From NCBI GenBank assembly GCA_963575745.1, contig CAUYUJ010000054.1, forward strand, positions 1-64,000: a stretch of 64,000 bases of DNA, given 5' to 3'. Numbering within the stretch: the stretch's first letter is position 1; the number at the start of each line of letters is the position of its first letter. This document shows, one piece after another, positions 51,723-64,000 of this stretch. The stretch comes from Prorocentrum cordatum (taxonomy: Eukaryota). A program made the position numbers and the translations under genes. The notes beneath the pieces are model-generated. The model had not been told where the DNA came from, made no database searches, and saw only the letters and a list, made by a program, of their open reading frames with translations.

Positions 51723-52659
51723 ATTCTTGGCGCCTCTACTCTCTGTGCAGTTCGCCAAAGGCCCGTTGGATCCCCGCAAGCGGTCGAAGGGCGTCGGGGC
51801 AACGTTGGGGCAAATGCTGTCTCTCTGCCAGGTGGAGCCGTCTTAGGACCGCGTTCTCGCACAGCGTCCGGGGCGCAGGCTGTGTGGATGTCGTGCGATG
51901 GAAGGTCGAGTCATCCGAACGCAGCCCCATTTGTTCTGCAAACAATTGTCGTTCGATTGTCCTCTCCGCCTTTCTTTCTCTCCCTATCTCTCGTTGCTCT
52001 GGTGTTCGCGCGGCTGTTTGCAGAAACGTGGCACGGGTGCGGTTCTACTTTTCGCACCGCTGCGCGTGCTGATGATTTCTATCAGCCACGATGCGCGTGG
52101 ATGGCTGGCTGTGTTGGGAGAGCCACGAAATCCCTCTTCCTTATCTTCTTCTTCCTCTTCCTCTTCTCTTGTATCGCCCCTGCCTCCCCTCCCCCCTCAT
52201 GCCCTCGTAGAACTCACGCCGCACCTCTCTGTATCCGCGCTGTCGTTTTTTGTGATGTTCCTCTCTTCCCCTCTCTCTCTCTATGTATGTGTGCCCCTGT
52301 CTCTTTCTGCTCCTTACACGTCGACCTGGAGTGACACTGGCATCGACGTGTGCAGATGCTCCTCTTGAGCACTCTGTGCTTGTCCTTTGTCCTCGTCTCC
52401 CGTCGTACCTCGCGCCGTCTCGCTGCCTCCGCCTTGTGCCCACGACCCCGCCCCATGTTTCCGCCCCGCCTCCCGCCTCGGCCTCGCCCCTCTCGCCCTC
52501 CCGCCTGCGCCCCCCCACCCGCCCCCGGTCTCCGCGCCTGGCTCCGTCGCTGCACGGCGTCCATCCGCGCTCGTCTCCGTCTCGTTCTCCCCACTCGGTC
52601 TTCCCCTCTGCCCCTGTTTCCGTCGCTCCATATGTTTTTTTTTTTTGTGTGTTTCTCTC

Positions 52660-52690
<31 letters not shown>

Positions 52691-52911
52691 TTCTGCTTCT
52701 CCCCCTCTGCCTCCCTCTGCTTTGCTTTTTCGTGGGCTATCCATATTTTGCTCACTCGCATGCCCGCTCCCCGTCGTAGCTGCTCCCCAGTCGACCCTCA
52801 TTTCCACTTCCACTCTGTCCCTAAATGTCTGTTTCGTCTCTTCGAGTCTTTTGCCATCCTCTCTATCACCATCCTCGCCTGTCTGAAAATGCCACCCCGC
52901 TGTGCGGCGAG

Positions 52912-52939
52912 GCCGAGTTCGACATAAACGATCAGAATG
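52912..52939 (+). CDS. Alpha/beta hydrolase exon 6 (micro-exon; 3' end uncertain, alternative GT donor after 52951)
   Basis: AEFDINDQN resembles the family 'A.FDI.D' segment. AG|G acceptor in phase 0 matches exon 5. Confidence 0.7.
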
Positions 52940-53929
52940 GCAGCCGCCGATGTCACGCCAGCCCCCCCCCCAGATGGGTATTGGATCTTGAGGCCATCTT
53001 GAGGCCTCGGGAACCCCATCGGAAGCAGGCAAGCGAGAAAGCTGACAGCACCGACTTCTTGGGGTTATCCTCAGGAGGCTCCGCGACCACCTCGAGCCAT
53101 TTGGTTGCCGTCCCGGGGCCCCTGGATTCCATGTTGAGCCAATTTGGACTACCGGTCATCTTGAGCTCTCTGGAACAATCCGGTCCAGGTTCATGGGACG
53201 CTCTAGCTGCTCGTGACTCCCTCCCCGTTCAGACCTCTTGGGGATGGGGTTGTGGGATGGTTTTTTGTGTTGCCAGTCGGTTGCGGTGGTGTTTTTCCCT
53301 GCAAGCATCATCATGAACAAATCGTTGTAATGGTAGAATGCGTATGTGCAGTTCCCCTTGGAATCGGCAGAGATTGGTTCGGGGAAGGCAAAGTCACTCC
53401 TCGACCGAAAGAGCTTTGGGAAAAGTTAACGCCGCGAAACACTGACGTCTAGAGGGCTTGTGGGAGGAGGAGGAGGAGGAAGAGGAGGAGGAGGAGGAGG
53501 AGGAGGAGGAGGAGGGAGGAGGAGGAGGAGGAGGAGGAGGAGAAGGAGGAGGAGGAGGAGGAGGAGGAGGAGGAGGAGGAGGACTTTCGTACTCAGGGGT
53601 GCCCACTCCTGGGAGTTCGGGACTCACTGCGGCTCTCTCTACTCAAACATTGGAAAGGCAGGCAGGCGAACCGATTTGCCTGCTACGTTGCTCGTTCCCA
53701 AGTTAGGCTTTGCCTCAGTGGTGCTTACGTGTTATTGGAGAAGCCGGCGGGAGCTGGACCCGGTCGCGCCGGGATTCTGTGGTGTTCCTGGGTCCTTTTT
53801 CGAGCTTCCTTGGTCTTGTTTCTTTGCAAGGGCCTTGGGTACACTGGAGTTGCTCCTCGGATGCTCCGGTCTTGTGCCTTGCTCGGGTTCCTCGGGTTCT
53901 CCCGTCCTGTTCCTCGGGCTCCCCGGCAT

Positions 53930-54080
53930 TGCAAAGCAATATCGAGCAATTTCAAGCAACGACAGGCAATGGACAACAATGCCAAGCAATGCCCAGCAAT
54001 GCCCAGCAATGCCCAGCAATGCCCAGCAATGTTAATCCATGCCAAGCAGTGCCCAGCAATGCCAAGCAAGGCCAAGCAAC
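53930..54080. repeat. 10-mer (GCCCAGCAAT)n
   Basis: Direct reading. Confidence 0.9.
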
Positions 54081-55342
54081 GCGCCCATGCAATAGGAGGC
54101 TGTCCCGTGCGTAATCAGGGTCGCGCGGGGTTTCTTGGATTCGGGGCCCGTGCGCCTTTTCGATGTGGCTGATTCGGCCACGGTGAAGACATTCCGATGC
54201 CATCCTAACGCACCTCTCTTCGACGCCACTTTGCCTCAGACGACCAGCGCACGCTCTTGCGTGCTTTTGCAGGTCGGCGGAGAAAGGCAGGGTAGCGGTT
54301 GTTGACGATGTGCCGCCGCGAGGGGGGGGGGCGCCATTAGAAACTGCAGAAGCCATGGGCTTGCAGGCAGGCAGCGGCAGTATCCTGTAGCCAGATCAAT
54401 GTGAGATGGGAAGACGGAGGTGGGAGGGATGTGTCAGGATGGAGGAGGGATCCGCCTGCCAGTCCCCTACTGGGCAGTGCCCTGAACAGCCCCAGCTGGG
54501 GCCTGCCGCCGCGGCGGTGGGCAGGCGGGCCTGGCCCCGATCCAGCACGTGTCCAATCCGTGTGGCCGCGGCCGCCCCGCCAGACCCCAGGGGATTGCGA
54601 GGGACTGGCGAGGGATACACTCGTCGAGGGTTCGCATGTGGCCCCCTATCGTCATCACTCGGCGGCGACATCTGAACCTTACCCGCGCTTTTTCCACGAT
54701 TCGGGCAGCTCGATGGGCGTACCGCAAGGGGGTATCGTATGGGGCAGGGTTTGGAGTGTGTCGAAGACGTGGCGGAGTCCAAACTTTGCGTCCGCCTCCA
54801 ATGGATTCAGGAGAATCGAGGGTTGGTGGGGGTAGGATCCGGATGTCGCCACCTGGTGGTCACGTGGATCACTCGCCCGCTGCCGCGGAGGCATCACTGG
54901 CGGCCAGGGGTGCCCCCGGGGGCCACTCCCCAGCAGCTGAAGCCAGCGGCTGTGGCCTGGGGGCCCCCAGACGTTAAACGGTGTGGTGCCCACGCCGTGT
55001 GGTGAGTCAGTGGGGATCCGGGGCCAGCGCACGGTTTGGGGGTTCGGGTCGTTCGCCGAGGACTTCTCGGGAGACGGGGGATCCCAAGTTCGTGCGGTGA
55101 CGGAACGTGCGGTGAGGTCTTGGGGACTCAGAGGTCACCACGCGGTCTGCCACCATACGGTTTTGGGACCCCGAACGCGGGGTCACGTCGACCGCTCGCC
55201 CGCCGCCGCGGGGGTATCACTGGCGGCTGCAGGTGCCCCTGGGACGCTGACCTTCCCGCTCCTCTCGCATGCCGCTTTTCGCTCCGCTCGCCTGGCAGAC
55301 GATGTTTAGCCTTCGGCTTTCTGTCTACCCCGCGCCGGGTAG

Positions 55343-55428
55343 CAGCGGACTCATTCATACCAGCGTGCTTCGTGGCTGCGAAGATGGACAATTTCATCAA
55401 GCCCCATCACACAAAGGAGCTGCACGAG
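55343..55428 (+). CDS. Alpha/beta hydrolase exon 7 (putative catalytic Asp; 5' boundary uncertain)
   Basis: AADSFIPACFVAAKMDNFIKPHHTKELHE resembles the family 'FIPALF.A...DDFI.PHH' segment. GAG|GC donor at 55429. Acceptor is TAG|C (55341-42) or CAG|C (55344-45). Confidence 0.85.
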
Positions 55429-55552
55429 GCAGGATGAAGCCGGCGGAGGGCAGGGTTGGAAGCATCGTGAGAATGAATCGGGAAGGAGAAGCAGGATCAT
55501 GGAGGATATGGATTCGATTTGGGATGGGGATGTGGACTTGGAGGAGAATGGG

Positions 55553-55601
55553 GATGATGATGGTTGTGATGATGATGGTGATGATGATGATGATGCTGAT
55601 T

Positions 55602-55641
<40 letters not shown>

Positions 55642-55709
55642 GACCGCCTCCCATGGAGCGTTTCGATTCGATTCGACTCGACTCGACTCGATTCGGATCG
55701 ATTCGATTC

Positions 55710-55743
<34 letters not shown>

Positions 55744-56546
55744 CTGATGCTGATGCTGATGCTGATGTTGATGATGATGGTGATACTGATGATGATGATG
55801 ATGGTGGAGATTATGATGATAATGATCCTGATGGTGAAAATGACGATGTTGATGATGATTTAGATACAGTTTATGCTGATGACGATGCTGATGATGCTGC
55901 TTATGCTGACAAACATGCCGCTGATGATGCTGCTGATTACGATGATGGTGGTGATGATGATAATGATGATGATGCTGCTGATGCTGATGACGATGGGCGT
56001 CGACGATGACGATGACGATGACGATGCTGCTGATGATGATGCTGAACATGAGAACATGAAAATGATGATGATGACGATGACGATTACGATGATGATGACG
56101 ATGCTGATGGTGATGATGATGATGTTGATGATGATGATGTTGATACAGTTTATGCTGATGACGATGCTGATGATTCTGCTTATTCTGAAAACAATGCCGC
56201 TGATGATGGCGATTATTGCGATGATGGTGGTGACAATGATGATGATGATGATGCTACTGATGCTGATGACGATGGACGGTGACGATGACGATGACGATGC
56301 TGATGATGATGCTGATGATGAACATGCTGATGATGACGATGACGATGACGATTACGATGATGATGGGGATGATTTATGGTGGTGATGATGCTGATGATGA
56401 AGATGCTGATACTGATGATGATGACGATGACGACGACGATCACGACTATGATGATGATGCTGATGATGCTGCTGATTATCATGATAATGGTGATGCTGCT
56501 GCTGATAATGATGACGATGATGGTGATGGTGGTGATGATGCCGATA

Positions 56547-56585
<39 letters not shown>

Positions 56586-56981
56586 ATGATAATCATAACG
56601 GTGATGAATGCCGATGGCGATGGTGGTGGTGGTTATGATGATGCTGATCATTATTCTGATTGTGTTGATGTTGATGATTATGGTTGTCTTGGTGATGATG
56701 ATGATGCTGCTGATGATGATGATGCTGGTGCTGATGATGTTGATGTTGATGTTGTTGGTGGTGGTGACGGTGATGATGCTGATGTTGTTGTTGACGATGA
56801 TGATGGTGATGTTGATGATGGTGATGATGTTGTTGCTGATGATGACGACGATGATTATGATGATGAGTATGATGGTGATGCTGATGATGATGATGCTGAT
56901 GCTGATGCTGATACTGCTGATGGTGATGATGCTGATGATGATGCTGATGATGGTGATGATGACGATGACGATGACGATGAC

Positions 56982-57024
<43 letters not shown>

Positions 57025-57168
57025 CTGATGCTGATGCTGATGCTGATGATGATGATGATGATGATGATGATGCTGATGCTGATGCTGATGCTGATGCTGA
57101 TGCTGATGCTGAAGCTGATGCTGATGCTGCTGATGCTGATGCTGATGCTGATGATGCTGATGCTGATG
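55553..57168. repeat. Degenerate (GAT)n running into the assembly gap
   Basis: Direct reading. Confidence 0.95.
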
Positions 57169-57268
57169 NNNNNNNNNNNNNNNNNNNNNNNNNNNNNNNN
57201 NNNNNNNNNNNNNNNNNNNNNNNNNNNNNNNNNNNNNNNNNNNNNNNNNNNNNNNNNNNNNNNNNNNN
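57169..57268. other. Assembly gap (100 N)
   Basis: Run of N. Confidence 1.
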
Positions 57269-57297
57269 GGGGGAGGAGGAAGAGGAGGGGGAGGAAG

Positions 57298-58500
57298 CAA
57301 GCTAGGTGCGCTCGCGTCATATCTGACGTCCTACCCTCCCTCCCTTCCCTTACCATGGCGTAGATCCCCTCCCTCCCTTCCCTTACCACAGTCGGATGTC
57401 AAGCAGGGCAATGATTCCGAAAGGGTACGCGATGCATTGTAGAGCACGGCGTGGCATGGCGTAGAAGAGCACCGCAAAGCGTAGTATCAACATAGCATTG
57501 CATTGCATGCCGTGGCATGGCACGGGAAATGACGCCAGCGCTGCAGCGGGAGCACGAGTCGGAACGAGCGGAAGCGCGGAAATGAGGCTAGCGCTGCAGC
57601 GGGAGCACGAGTCGGAACGAGCGGAAGCACGGAAATGAGGCCAGCGCTGCAGCGGGAACACGATTCGGAACGAGCGGGGCCCGAAAATGAGGCCGGCGCC
57701 TCAGCGAGAGCAGCAATTTGGAAACAAATGCAGGCGAAAACCCAACTCCGGCGAATCTTGTGTGTAAAGGACAGTACGCGGGGGGGGCTAATACTTTCAA
57801 ACCGTCATCAGGGGAAGAGGGAGAGTAGTATTCATATTGAGTAATTGTGGAGGGGGGAAGGGGGGGGGGGAGGGGAGGGGGGAGGGGGAGGGTGAGGGGT
57901 GAGGGGGGAGGGGCAAGCTAGGTGCGCTCGCGTCACATCTGACATCCTACCTCTCCCTCCCATCCCTTACCATGGCGTAGATCCCCTCTCTACTCGCACA
58001 GTCGGATGTCGAGCAGGGCAATGATTCCGAAAGGGTACGCGATGCATTGTAGAGCACGGCGTGGCATGGCGTAGAAGAGCACCGCAAAGCGTAGTATCAA
58101 CCTAGCATTGCATTGCATGCCGTGGCATAGCACGGGAAATGACGCCAGCGCTGCAGCGGGAGCACGAGTCGGAACGAGCGGAAGCGCGGAAATGAGAGCA
58201 GCTCTGCAGCGGGAGCACGATTCGGAACGAGCAGAAGCACGGAAATGAGGCCAGCGCTGCAGCGGGAGCACGATTCGGAACGAGCGGGGCCCGAAAATGA
58301 GGCCGGCGCCTCAGCGAGAGCAGCATTTGGGAAAACATGCAGGCGAAAACCCAACTCCGGCGAATCTTGTGTGTAAAAAAACAGTGCGCGGGGGGGGCTA
58401 ATACTTTCAAGCCGTCATGAGGGGAAGAGGGAGAGTAGTATTCATATTGAGTAATTGTGGAGGGGAGGGGGGAGGGGGGAGGGGGGAGGGGGGTGGGTGG
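57298..58500. repeat. About 616-bp tandem duplication with internal about 50-bp subrepeats
   Basis: CAAGCTAGGTGCGCTCGCGTCA begins at 57298 and 57914. The copies are colinear with scattered substitutions. Confidence 0.92.
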
Positions 58501-59581
58501 AGGGAGGCGTCTGGGTTTCCGCAGAGCCAGCGCATCTTGACAGAAGCGGCTCACTTGTTCAGCTTTCTTCCTTCTGGCGGAAGAGGTGGTCTGTGGGCAG
58601 GTACGGTGCGCGTGTTTCTTGAGAACTGACAGCAAGAGTTCATTTAGTGCTTCCGCAACCCAGCAATTCCCCCTCGCCTGGAGAAGTGTATCAGGATGAC
58701 GGGCGCGCTCTTCAAACCTGAGATCCATAAGCCCATCTTGAGCCCACGATGTGGCCGCTTGGAGAGATCTCCGCTCGCGCGCATGTGTCGTTGCATTCCT
58801 CCTGTTCTGTTTCTGGCCCACTGGATGGCCCAGGGCCCCAAACCGAATTACACCATGTAATTTGGTCTAGGTCGTGATTCGGGCCCTCTTGGAGTCCCCA
58901 GGGAGGCCACTTTGAGCCCTCGCAGAGCCTCATTAAGGGCCTCTTGGAGGCTTCTTTGGGGGCAGCTGGGGGCTTCCTGGGCCCCCATACCCAGCTGCGG
59001 AATCCTGCATGTTTCGAGGCCCTCCCCCGTTCATGCCATTCATCGCCAGCGCAGCCACCCTCCATGCCTAGCCGCCGACGCCAAAAGTTTCGAGGCCCTC
59101 TCGAGGTAGAATTTCGGTCACCCCGGGGCCTCCCGAGGCCCCCCTCGTGGCTGGCCCGAGGCCAGGCGTGGCAGGCCGGGGCTCCAGACCCAGGGCCCGC
59201 TGGCGGCCCAGCGTTGTCTTGAAGAGCTTGGCGCCGGCGCGGAGCTGTGGCTTGAGTTTGGCTTTGTCAGGCCAAGTCGGCAGCTCCCTCAGCCCTGCTG
59301 CATGCTGAGGCCCTGCGTGTCCAGGCAGGCGTCTGCTGGCATGGCACGGTCTCCAGAGGATTGTGCGTGACAGCGTGTCGGAGGGTTTGCCTGCCCACGT
59401 CGCGCTGCTTCGTTGCAGCGTGTAGCACCATGCTTCCCGCTGCTTCAGATCTTGGAGCTGCGCCGGCTCGTCGAGCTTCAAGACCGTGTTACCCATCTCG
59501 TGAAGCTGGCCAGGGCCGACCGCCTGGCCCTGCGTGGCCAAAGGCACGTGGCCTTTCGCAACCACGAAAACCAAGGTCTTA

Positions 59582-59757
59582 CAGTCGGGGCGCTGAAGAA
59601 GGAACCCTTTTCGTTCGGGAGGGGCTCGGTGTTCCTTGATTGTTTTACAGTTTGCCTTGGGTTTTCCTGAGGTCTTCTATGGGGAATCGAAATTTAACCT
59701 CTGGGTAAAAGAGGCCTCGTTCCTTATTTAGGGTTCCTTCGGTCAACGCCCCGACTG
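59582..59757. mobile_element. Tc1/mariner-type MITE (TA TSD), copy 1
   Basis: TA|CAGTCGGGGCGCTGAAGAAGGAACCC ... GGGTTCCTTCGGTCAACGCCCCGACTG|TA; 176 bp. Confidence 0.88.
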
Positions 59758-59932
59758 TATCCGCATCGAGTTTTGTCTTGGCTCTGTTCTTGCCGCCAGT
59801 TCTCATGACGTCCTCGCTGCCCGTGCCCTGCCCTTGAGACCCGGCTGCCGGCAGCGAGAGAACTGGGGGGAGGGGGGCTTCGGCCTCGGCGTTCTCCGCA
59901 AGTGCTGTGCCGTGATATGGGCACGGCTGATA

Positions 59933-60108
59933 CAGTCGGTGCGCTGAAGAAGGAACCCTTCTCGTTTGGGAGGGGCTCCGTGTTCCTTGATTGTTTCACA
60001 GTTTTCCTTCTGTTTTCCGTAGGGTTTCGATGGGAAATCGAAGTTTAACTCATGGTTAAAAGGGGCCTCGTTCCTTATTTGGGGTTCCTCAGGTCAAGGC
60101 CCCGACTG
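59933..60108. mobile_element. Tc1/mariner-type MITE (TA TSD), copy 2
   Basis: TA|CAGTCGGTGCGCTGAAGAAGGAACCC ... GGGTTCCTCAGGTCAAGGCCCCGACTG|TA; 176 bp, diverged from copy 1. Confidence 0.88.
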
Positions 60109-60629
60109 TACCCAGACGCCCAGATCGGGTCGTCTGGCCACAATTCGTGATGCCTTGCCTACGTGCGCAGTCCAGTGACGGCGACGACCGCCTTACGCGC
60201 GATGCCGTCAGCGACGTTCTTGGCTCCGGTCTTCGTCACTAAATAGAGTCCGCGTTCTACTCGGCGATTGCCTCATTCGAGGCAGATCGTCTACGATCCA
60301 GCTAGGTCTGCGAAACATGCTTTGGTGTGGCCCATTGAATGGTCCTTCAGTGGGGTGCCGCACCACTGAAGCCAGGCTGCTCTCTTTGAGTGAACATGGC
60401 TAGGGGACGAGCAGGATGAGCACCAAGTCGATGAGCCAAAGCAAGGAGTAAGACGCAGAGACCAGGATTATGATAAGAAGCAGGTCAGAAGAGTTGAACG
60501 AGGGATACGTTTTCGATTCGGACCTCGACAGCTTGTGTCACCTCTCTCAGACGACGAGAGATCTGGACGGGAGGGAGCCGACGGATGCAAGCAGCCAGAA
60601 GATGGTTGGCAGGGATTGGGTGCTAGCAG

Positions 60630-60737
60630 GCTTACGCGGGGGACAAGAATATGGTGATGGTCGACGGGGACCACAATTCATCTCGTGGTTCATTCTTCAT
60701 GGATTCGGTCGCCATCTTCTTCCACAACACACTACAG
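60630..60737 (+). CDS. Alpha/beta hydrolase exon 8 (putative catalytic His); absent from the ORF track
   Basis: AYAGDKNMVMVDGDHNSSRGSFFMDSVAIFFHNTLQ. CAG|G acceptor in phase 0. Probable CAG|GA donor at 60738; otherwise reads through to TAG at 60759-61. Confidence 0.92.
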
Positions 60738-62689
60738 GAAAGATCAGCACACGCAGGGTAGGGAGGAAGGCGAGGGCATGCAGACGAAGGGAGTGCCGCT
60801 AAATATGGTAGTGGGGACGACGTCGACGGCTAGAACGTGAGCGCTCAATCCATTTTCTCATCCTGGAAGACCTCGCATTCCCTCCCCGCCGAGCCCCCCT
60901 CGCCACCCGACCATCCAACCACCAAGCAAGCAAACACCTTTCCTCGGGCGCGCCCATGGGCTGCAATCAGCGGGCTAAAAACACGAAGGCGGGTCGCGCT
61001 CACAGTGACTTGGCCGCCTCGTGTGGCAGCGAGATAATAGGAGCACTCAGTGAGGAACGGACACGACCGACCGCTGAGCAGCCAAGAGCAAGCGCGTGCA
61101 GGACGAACAGAGGCAGGACTCAAAACGAGCGGCGCCATCCGGGGAGGGAGAGGGGCGGAATAAAGCGAGCGTCCTACCAGCAGGCCGAGAAGGCTGCGCC
61201 CGCACAAACGCACACGCACGCACGTGCACGCGCACGCGCACGCACACACAAACACAAACACAAACACACACACGCACACACACACCTGTCCACCGACGCG
61301 CCGATGAGATTCAGTCGACCGATGCAAAGCTACAGGTCTCGTGAGCAGCGAATTGGCCAGGCACACACACACGAGCACGCACACGCATGCACACTTTTTT
61401 CACATCGCGGCCACGCCCGCGGCGTCGCGGCGTAGATAGTTGAGGGGAGCGAGGCACACACACACACACCCTTTCCGCTCGCACGCAGCACGGGTGGAAG
61501 CCTCGCGAGCGTTCAACGAGTCACAGCCGTGCCAAGCCAGTCTACCACAGGGGGGCAGCTCCAGCCCCTCACGGAGCAGTGGCGGGGAGCGGCAGGCAGC
61601 GGGCAGCAGCTGGCAGCGGCGGGGAGCAGCGGCAGCCAAACGGGCACCGGCGGGCGGCCAGGCCCTGAGCGGGTGGCGGCGGGCAGCGGGCAGCGACGGC
61701 GGGGCCTGCCGCGGCGGACGGGCGCAGCACCAGCGTGCCTGAATGGGGCGCGCGGCGGCGGGCGGGCGGCGTGCACCGAGCAGTGCCAGGGAGCAGCGGT
61801 CACCGTCCCTCGAGGGCGCCGGCGGGCAGCGCGCCGCCGGGGGGGAATCAACCTCGACGCACCCGCGGGGCCACGATCGGCGGAGTGTAGATCGCATGCG
61901 GGCCGCGCTCTGCAACGATTGCGAACGCGCGCACGCATACACACCACACGCACAACACACATATACACACGCACACACACACACCAACATTTTTGTTGCG
62001 CCGGCGGCTGGGCAGGGGTCGTCTGCGCTGTCGGAAGAAGCTAACTAAACGGGTGCACCGCTGTAGTGAATTGGCCAGCGTGCAAGAGAAGGAGAAGGGA
62101 CGGAGCGGGCGGCTGCAGGGAGGGGAACAGAAACGAGGGCCACTCGGAGGGGACGGATCCCTCCCTGAGTGAGCTGGCGCGGCCAGCCCCGACGGCGGGG
62201 GCTGAGGCGGCTGCTGCGCCGGGGTTCCAGCGGCGGCGGGGCCCAGTACGGGCACAGTGCTGCAAGGCAAACATCACGAAACCTCCGGGGAGCACGAAGT
62301 GCAAGGGCCGGCGGGCCACGCGCCACCCAGGTGGGTGCGCGGTGGGTGCGGCAAGCAGAGGTGCGCCAGGGGCGGAGGGCGTCCAGCAGAATGCTGGGCC
62401 AGCGCGGGGGGGCGGGCGGCAAGACCAGGCCCAGGTCCCCTTGGCGTGGCGGCTGCAGGTCGCAGTCCAGGCGCCATCGCGGCGCGCGGAGGGAGGGAGA
62501 GTGGGCAGGGGGGTGAGGAGCGAACAGGGAGGAGGAGGAACGCCCCGCCTGCAAGAACCCCCGCAGGCGGGGCGGCAGCGCCGGGGCTGCGCCGGCAGCG
62601 GCAGGCTGCGCAGCGCGCTGCGCGGTGGGGCTGATGGTCGGCGCGCCGCCGATCAGCAAGCCCACGCCACAACACACGCAACAACACAC

Positions 62690-62704
62690 ACAACGACGGC
62701 AACG

Positions 62705-62747
<43 letters not shown>

Positions 62748-63260
62748 TAATACCAACAACAACAACAACAACAACAACAACAGCGACAACGACGACAACG
62801 ACAACAACAACAGCACACCACCAACAACAACTACTACATCAACAGCCGCAATAGCAATCGCAACAGCAACATCAACAACAACAGCAACAGCAACAACAAC
62901 ACCAGCAACATCAACAACAACGCCACCACCACTACCACCAACAAGAACAGCAAACACACCAACAACACACGCACAACACACAAAACACAACGCACAACAC
63001 ACAGCACACAACACACAGCAAACAACACAGAACACGACACGGCGCACACCACGCAACACACCACACACCACACCACACACCACACCGCACACCACACAAC
63101 ACACAACACACAACACACAACACACAACACACAACACACACACAACACACAACACACACACAACACACACAACACAGCACACAGTACACAGCGCACAGCA
63201 CGACACAACACGCACCACACACAAACACGCACACGCGCACACGCACACGCACACAACACC
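62690..63260. repeat. (CAA)n and (CA)-rich simple repeats
   Basis: Direct reading. Confidence 0.95.
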
Positions 63261-64000
63261 CAATCACGCGAGCGCCAATAACGTTGCAAGCGGCCCCTTC
63301 GCCGTGGGCTGCGACTCCTGGGCCGATTTCTTGGTGCGCTGCGGAATCCAGAGCGCTCGCCAAGACTGGCCTGGTTGCGGAGGGTGCTGCTTGCATTCAG
63401 GAAGGTGCGCGGCGGCCCCGACTTCCTGCCCCGATGTGCGGTCTACCCGCAGGGGTGGCCAGGGAGGGAAGGAGGGAGGGAGGGATGTCAGCAGGGACCG
63501 CAGACGCCGTGCCCGACAGAGCTGGCCGAGGCTGCTGGGCGACAGCCGAGGGCGAGGAGGGGGTGAAGGGGTGGGCAGGCTGCGGTGGCGGTGGCGTCCG
63601 CGGAGGCGGCGTCGTGGTGGCGGCGGTGGAGGATGGGAGCGGCGCGGAGCATGAGCAGGGAGGAGGCAGCGGAGGAGGCAGCGGAGGGCAGGGCGGCTGC
63701 TCCTCCCTTTTCCCTCCTCGAGTCCTATCTCTCTCCTCTTCTGCGGCCGCCGCAATCGAGCCGGCGCCCCACTCCTCGGACGCGGGGCCGTGTCAGGCAC
63801 GCCGCCTTCTGCCGACCCGTTGCCACGGAGTGCTGAGCCGAGTGGGTCGCGGTCGTCCCCTTCCTCCTCCTTTTTCTTCTCAGAGGGGAGAGGGGGGCAG
63901 TGCGAGAGAGAGTGAGAGAGACAGACAGAGGGACAGAGAGACAGAGAGAGAGAAGCAGAGAGAGAGAGAGAGTAAGAGAGTAAGAGAGAAAGAGAGAGGA

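Larger units (their letters stand above)
59200..60420 (-). mobile_element. Highly decayed LINE RT C-terminal fragment interrupted by the two MITEs
   Basis: Minus-strand fragments KRAAWLQW, HQSMFRR, RPWFSWLRKAT and TWAGK..RTILWRP resemble the post-RT region of RTE-like LINEs. Confidence 0.45.

Noticed and set aside
54396..54830. Minus-strand APE endonuclease-like scraps (LAIPWGLAG, GDWQADP)
   Set aside because: Too short and disordered to support without a profile search.
57298..58500. Tandem duplication as a pure assembly artefact, or as a coding repeat
   Set aside because: The copies differ at many positions, which argues against a simple overlap artefact, although haplotype stacking next to the gap is not excluded. 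No credible protein is encoded.
58730..58765. Possible relict SL on the minus strand (GGCCACATCGTGGGCTCAAG-ATG)
   Set aside because: Only the 3' GGCTCAAG matches well and the downstream ORF has no recognisable product.

Overview
Eukaryotic, GC-rich, repeat-saturated DNA. A dinoflagellate origin is inferred from the dinoflagellate spliced-leader sequence, GC/GA splice donors with AG|G acceptors and TTTAGGG repeats; Prorocentrum-like is only a guess. Almost every entry in the ORF track is spurious. The window is spanned by part of ONE + strand gene, an alpha/beta-hydrolase (YqkD/COG1073-like; motifs HGN, GRSMG, D, GDHN). It is split into 8 small exons (28-110 nt, about 646 coding nt over about 56.5 kb) with introns of 1.7-13 kb. 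The introns contain: (1) a decayed, apparently full-length LINE (Zn-finger ORF1, APE, RT, RNase H) capped by a complete spliced leader plus two relict leaders; (2) an SL-capped, intronless acyltransferase-3 retro-pseudogene; (3) two decayed tyrosine-recombinase-type (DIRS/Ngaro/PAT-like) retrotransposons, each carrying a cytosine-5 DNA methyltransferase domain, one with A1..B1-A2-B2 split direct repeats; (4) several short non-autonomous families (8-bp-TSD MITE, TA-TSD MITE, variable-TSD SINE-like element, a fold-back element); (5) many micro- and minisatellites, some with 10-11 bp periodicity. A 100-N gap lies at 57169-57268. All calls come from reading the sequence by eye; no database searches were run.
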